64,000 nucleotides of DNA. Origin: Candidatus Latescibacterota bacterium (GTDB taxonomy: Bacteria; Latescibacterota; UBA2968; UBA8231). Position numbers and translations under genes: made by a program. Positions within the stretch are counted from its first letter, which is position 1, and each line of letters begins with the position of its first letter. The DNA lies in NCBI GenBank assembly GCA_965208105.1, contig OZ242318.1, positions 2,368,001-2,432,000 of the forward strand. The letters are read 5' to 3'. The notes beneath the pieces are model-generated. The model worked only from the letters and a program-made list of their open reading frames with translations. It did not search any database and had not been told where the DNA came from. Positions 60,283 to 64,000 of this stretch are shown in pieces.

Positions 60283-61275
60283 ATGCTAGGCAGGCAAATC
60301 CTGGACCTCTACCGCACGATCGTCGACTCCGACCTGCGCCAGATGCCCTTCGATGCTTCATCGCAAGAGGCTTTCCGGAGCTGGCAGACCAAAGCGCGCA
60401 GAGTGGTGCGCAAGGTCCTGGGCGAGATGCCCAGGGAGAGAGTAGATTTCGAACTGGAGCGCCGGGTGGTCGAAGAAACGGACCTCTACATCCGCGAGCG
60501 CCTTCTCTACCGGACCCGTCCCGGATTGCAGGCCTCGGCCTACCTCCTGACCCCCAGGGGCATGCGCCGTCCCGCACCCGGCATCCTCTGCATTCACGGC
60601 CACAGCAGCGGGGGCAAGGACGATTCCATCGATCCCGGGTCGATCTACCGTGGATTCGGGCGTCGCTTCGCCGAGGAGGGGTGCGTGGTCCTCTGTCCTG
60701 AACAAATCGGCTTCGGGGAGCGCGCGCTCCCCGAGGACGAGGTCACCTACAACGTCCTGGTGCACGGACTCAACATGGTGGGACACACTCTGATCGGCCT
60801 GCGCTACTGGGACCTGGTGCGGGCCCTGGACCTGCTCCAGGGGCTGGAATCCGTGGACGGGAAACGGATCGGCGCAATGGGGCTGTCGCTGGGGGGTGAG
60901 ATGTGCCTCTTCCTCGCGGGACTGCAGAAGCGGGTGCAGGCCGCATGCATCTGCGGTTACCTGAGCTCCCACCGCAGTACTTTCCTCGACCGGCCGCACT
61001 GCACCTGCGGCCACCTGCGCGACCTTGCCAGGTACTTCGAGCACGTCGACCTCGCCGCCCTCATCGCTCCCCGTCCTCTCTTCCTCGACTCCGGCAGACG
61101 CGACAAGCTCTTCCCGGTGCGCGATGCCCGGGCCCTGATACGCAATCTCCGTCCGGCCTACGACCTCTATTCCAGGCCGCGGTCCCACCTGGGCATCGAG
61201 GTCCACGACGGAGCACACGAGATCGGCGCAGTGCGCAGCATCCCCTGGATGCTGCGCCGGCTGCGGGAAATGTGA
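60283..61275 (+). CDS. Alpha/beta hydrolase (dienelactone hydrolase/acetyl esterase-like)
   Basis: LCIHGH, GFGER, GLSLGG nucleophile elbow, LIAPRPL, D.LFP and GAH motifs. Confidence 0.88.
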   Translation: MLGRQILDLYRTIVDSDLRQMPFDASSQEAFRSWQTKARRVVRKVLGEMPRERVDFELERRVVEETDLYIRERLLYRTRPGLQASAYLLTPRGMRRPAPGILCIHGHSSGGKDDSIDPGSIYRGFGRRFAEEGCVVLCPEQIGFGERALPEDEVTYNVLVHGLNMVGHTLIGLRYWDLVRALDLLQGLESVDGKRIGAMGLSLGGEMCLFLAGLQKRVQAACICGYLSSHRSTFLDRPHCTCGHLRDLARYFEHVDLAALIAPRPLFLDSGRRDKLFPVRDARALIRNLRPAYDLYSRPRSHLGIEVHDGAHEIGAVRSIPWMLRRLREM

Positions 61276-61341
61276 AAGGAATTCAGAGGCCGGCAGAGAT
61301 CTGCCTGCCGCTGCGGAGCGCAATCGGGTGCGGACCTGCAA

Positions 61342-62163
61342 TCAGATCCCGGACATGCGCTCCAGGCCGAGGAGCTGACGGCAGAGCGGCGAGCGCCGGC
61401 GCGCCCGCGCCGCCAACTCCGCAGTGGGGACGCAGGGCTCGTACTGCTTCATTCCATAGTGCGCGTAGTTGTAGAGAATCATGCGCCGGTTCCTTGTGCC
61501 TGTGTTGTCCATGGCGGTGTGCCAGATGGTCGCGTGCCAGATGAGGGCGGTACCTGCCTTGCCCACCATTTGGACGTGCCCGGGCATCTCGGTGAGAGGG
61601 TCGTATTGGGGAACGCTGTCCGCCTCGAGTTTGTGGGTTCCGGGAACCACGCTGAAAGGACCGGTCTCCGCGTCGATATCGTCGACGAAGAAAAACACCT
61701 TGAGCTTGGCGCAGGGCCTTTTACACGCCTTTGTCCGCTCCCACGCCCGGGACTCCTCGGCGCTCCATCCATGGCCGGAGTAAACCCCGACGGCGGCATC
61801 GCGGTGCCACCGCGTGTGGGTCCTGGTGCCGGCAGGCTTGACGTGCAGGGCGTTGTCGAGCATCTGGATGTCGGGACCCAGAAAGGCCAGGAGAGTGGAT
61901 ACGGTCAAGGGGTATTCCAACAGATCGAGGAAGATGTCCGCATGGGTGACTATGGGCTCGACCACGTGCGCGGTGGGACCGAGGCCATAGGGTTTGAAAT
62001 CCGGCGGCCGGTCCAGGGATTCCTTCCACGCCGGCCGCGTTTCCTCCTCGACGCGGTAGAACGTCTCCCGGACCTGGGCCAACAGCTCGCCCTGGAGGGC
62101 GTCCGGAACCATGAGATATCCCTGGGTATCCAGGAAGGCGTGCTGCTCGTCGCTCAGGCGCAT
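61342..62163 (-). CDS. Phytanoyl-CoA dioxygenase (PhyH) family protein
   Basis: QGYL, WHRD, VVPGTHK, WH and R motifs of Fe/2OG PhyH enzymes. Confidence 0.9.
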   Translation of the reverse strand: MRLSDEQHAFLDTQGYLMVPDALQGELLAQVRETFYRVEEETRPAWKESLDRPPDFKPYGLGPTAHVVEPIVTHADIFLDLLEYPLTVSTLLAFLGPDIQMLDNALHVKPAGTRTHTRWHRDAAVGVYSGHGWSAEESRAWERTKACKRPCAKLKVFFFVDDIDAETGPFSVVPGTHKLEADSVPQYDPLTEMPGHVQMVGKAGTALIWHATIWHTAMDNTGTRNRRMILYNYAHYGMKQYEPCVPTAELAARARRRSPLCRQLLGLERMSGI

Positions 62164-62963
62164 GACCGGGACCGCACGTGCCGCGGACTCAGCGCCCCGG
62201 GACCGAAGATGGTGGGGAAGGTGTCGCCGTCGCGGGTCCTGGTAGCGCCTCTCGTATAACAGACGCTGAACGCGCGCCGTGGCGCACCGGTCGCGTTTGT
62301 CGCCGACCTGTGCAGCAGGTGGTTGTGCAACAGGACTGCCTCACCGGCCTGCAACTCCAGGAAAAGAGGGGCTGTCTCGGCCGTGGCCGTCCTGGCCTGT
62401 TCCTCGGTGATGAAACCTCCGGAAACTTCCGGATTGACAATGGCGAGATGTGACCTGGGAATGACCTCCAGGCAGCCGTTGCGGGCCGAGGCCGGATCGA
62501 GGGCGGTCCACACGGTGACAAGCGGGGCGTGGTTGAGAAAGGTCCAGTGGTCCTGGTGCCAGGGAAGATGAGTGCCTTTTCCAGCCGGTTTGTTCATGAA
62601 CATCGCCCTCATGCAGGAGACCGGAGTGTCGGGGCCGTAGACCCTGGCGCAGATATGGCGGAACAGGGGCCTTTGCATGTAGGACAGGAACAGCGGGTCG
62701 AACTCCAGGTCCTGGATCTTGCGATAGCTCAGGGTGGCACCCTTGTGTCCCTTGCTCTGGGGATGCATTTTGCCGCTTTCGCCGACACGGCCATCCAGTT
62801 GCATCATCGTGCGCCCGTAGTCGAGGTCCGCCCTGCCCAGCATTATGTCATCGATGCGCCGCCGAACAGCCCCCAACTCCTCCCCTCCCAGTGTCTCCCC
62901 AAGGCCAACGTATCCCTCTTCGTCGAAATGCCGCCATTGCTCCCGGCTGAGGTACTCCGCCAT
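62154..62963 (-). CDS. Phytanoyl-CoA dioxygenase (PhyH) family protein
   Basis: FDEEGY, MNKP, WHQD, WTALD, NGCL..IP.SH, LLHRS and RRAFS motifs. Confidence 0.92.
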   Translation of the reverse strand: MAEYLSREQWRHFDEEGYVGLGETLGGEELGAVRRRIDDIMLGRADLDYGRTMMQLDGRVGESGKMHPQSKGHKGATLSYRKIQDLEFDPLFLSYMQRPLFRHICARVYGPDTPVSCMRAMFMNKPAGKGTHLPWHQDHWTFLNHAPLVTVWTALDPASARNGCLEVIPRSHLAIVNPEVSGGFITEEQARTATAETAPLFLELQAGEAVLLHNHLLHRSATNATGAPRRAFSVCYTRGATRTRDGDTFPTIFGPGALSPRHVRSRSCA

Positions 62964-63052
62964 GGCTTTGCCTTCCTCCATTCAACTTTCCTGTTTCCGG
63001 GCTTCCAAAATATGCAAAAGAGGAAACGGGTATCGATCCCCTGGCCAGCGCC

Positions 63053-63730
63053 TCATAGAGGCAGGCACGGCCAATCTTCCCATCCTTCCCCTCTCTGGAT
63101 GCAGAGGAGAAGGTCGCCCTGCCCGACCCTGATTTCCACCGGGTTGTCAACCACCTCGTTGGAGATTCCATCGCGGACCCCCGGGCTCAGGGTCTCTCCA
63201 CGCAGTGGGAATTTGAGCCCCCTGGTCTCGATTCCACTCACCGGACCCGAGAGGGGGCAGAGGGAAAGCTTCCGGCCTACCGCGGCCCTGAAGCGGATGT
63301 ATTCGCCGACCAAGCGGGAATCGCAATGATCATCCAATATCCGCAGTTGCAGCCGATTCCCGAACGTCACCAGGAGGCTGAGATTCCATAGAACGTGGTC
63401 GATCCTGCCGCCCGTTACTCCCACCATCACCGCCCTGGTGACCCCTAGGTCTCCAAGGTGGTCCAGGACCTTGTAGAGATCCGTGCTGGTGTCGTCTGCA
63501 TCAATCCGGATGACGCGCCCGGCCTCCACTCCCGACCGGGCATTTTCATCCAATGAATCCAGGTCGCCGATTACGTAGTCGGGGGCATAGCCGTATCCAA
63601 CCGCGGTGTTGGCGCCTCCATCGGCGCAAACCAGCAAGGGTCCCTTTTGCATGAGGCGGTCGAAGAGGGTTCTGGAAGGAGGTTCGCCGTTGCCGAGGAT
63701 CAGCGCCTGGATCTTGTTGTGGCTCAACAT
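63053..63730 (-). CDS. thiN: Thiamine diphosphokinase
   Basis: CADGGAN, IGDLDS, TDL.K, GGRIDH, GLKFPL and GISNE motifs. Confidence 0.93.
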   Translation of the reverse strand: MLSHNKIQALILGNGEPPSRTLFDRLMQKGPLLVCADGGANTAVGYGYAPDYVIGDLDSLDENARSGVEAGRVIRIDADDTSTDLYKVLDHLGDLGVTRAVMVGVTGGRIDHVLWNLSLLVTFGNRLQLRILDDHCDSRLVGEYIRFRAAVGRKLSLCPLSGPVSGIETRGLKFPLRGETLSPGVRDGISNEVVDNPVEIRVGQGDLLLCIQRGEGWEDWPCLPL

Positions 63731-63924
63731 GTGGCCCCGATGACCTGGAGGTCGCGCAGGTGATCCAATATAATTACCGGCAATTCAGGTGACAATCCTT
63801 GTGGCCCGGCAGCCCGTTCATCTTGGCTGCGCTTTCGCCTCCAACTATCTTCTTCCGGGCTTCTCCCCGCTCCAATCAGCACGCCGCCGCGCCGCCCGGG
63901 CGGGGCCCGGCGAAAGGAGTCCGA

Positions 63925-64000
63925 TTGAACAGCACGAATTTCTGGCCCGCGTCCATTCAAGGGGCGGTCAGCCTCACCTTCGACGACGGCTGCCAGTCTC
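63925..64000 (+). CDS. Probable polysaccharide deacetylase, N-terminus only (runs off window; not in ORF track)
   Basis: AAAGGAG RBS, then TTG start: LNSTNFWPASIQGAVSLTFDDGCQS; TFDDG is NodB/CE4 motif 1. Confidence 0.7.
   Translation, partial: MNSTNFWPASIQGAVSLTFDDGCQS

Noticed and set aside
63731-63924. TPP riboswitch upstream of thiN
   Set aside because: No GCTGAGA / CTGATC..GTAATGC..GCGTAGGGA core seen on the minus strand
63991-64000. CCAGTCTC at the window end as the start of a third MITE copy
   Set aside because: Only 8 nt long and explained by the codons of the deacetylase-like ORF (C-Q-S)
1-64000. CRISPR array, rRNA, retron/DGR or other defence system
   Set aside because: No regularly spaced repeats and no cas, RT or nuclease genes recognised; the paralog A/B differences are not obviously adenine-specific and no RT is present

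Overview
A GC-rich bacterial chromosomal segment from a diderm organism. The FlgD-Ig C-terminal domain, the '[12 protein letters not shown]' tail, the DUF5723-like barrel and the multiple PhyH/enolase-family genes suggest an FCB-related lineage such as Latescibacterota; this is inference. Most of the window is housekeeping or catabolic: 3' metK, clpB-degP behind a sigma54-type promoter, hemH, copA, acnA, ubiD-like, pdxST, lpoB, trmH-like and thiN. Three parts stand out. (1) A ~169-bp MITE-like rod-folding element occurs twice, once on the metK stop codon and once between tRNA-Glu and its putative promoter. (2) A decayed island follows tRNA-Glu(TTC). It contains a frameshifted integrase cut off by an IS3-type end, a group II intron DV/DVI remnant and an intact, atypical type III glutamine synthetase bracketed by two inverted IS3-type ends. 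(3) A ~15-kb uncharacterised cell-envelope locus encodes a secreted double-FlgD protein, two TPR + CRTAC1/ASPIC lipoprotein pairs and two tandem ~1000-aa paralogous putative barrel/Ca-binding proteins that differ mainly in short segments. This locus is the best candidate for an undescribed system. All calls come from motif recognition by eye; no database search was run.
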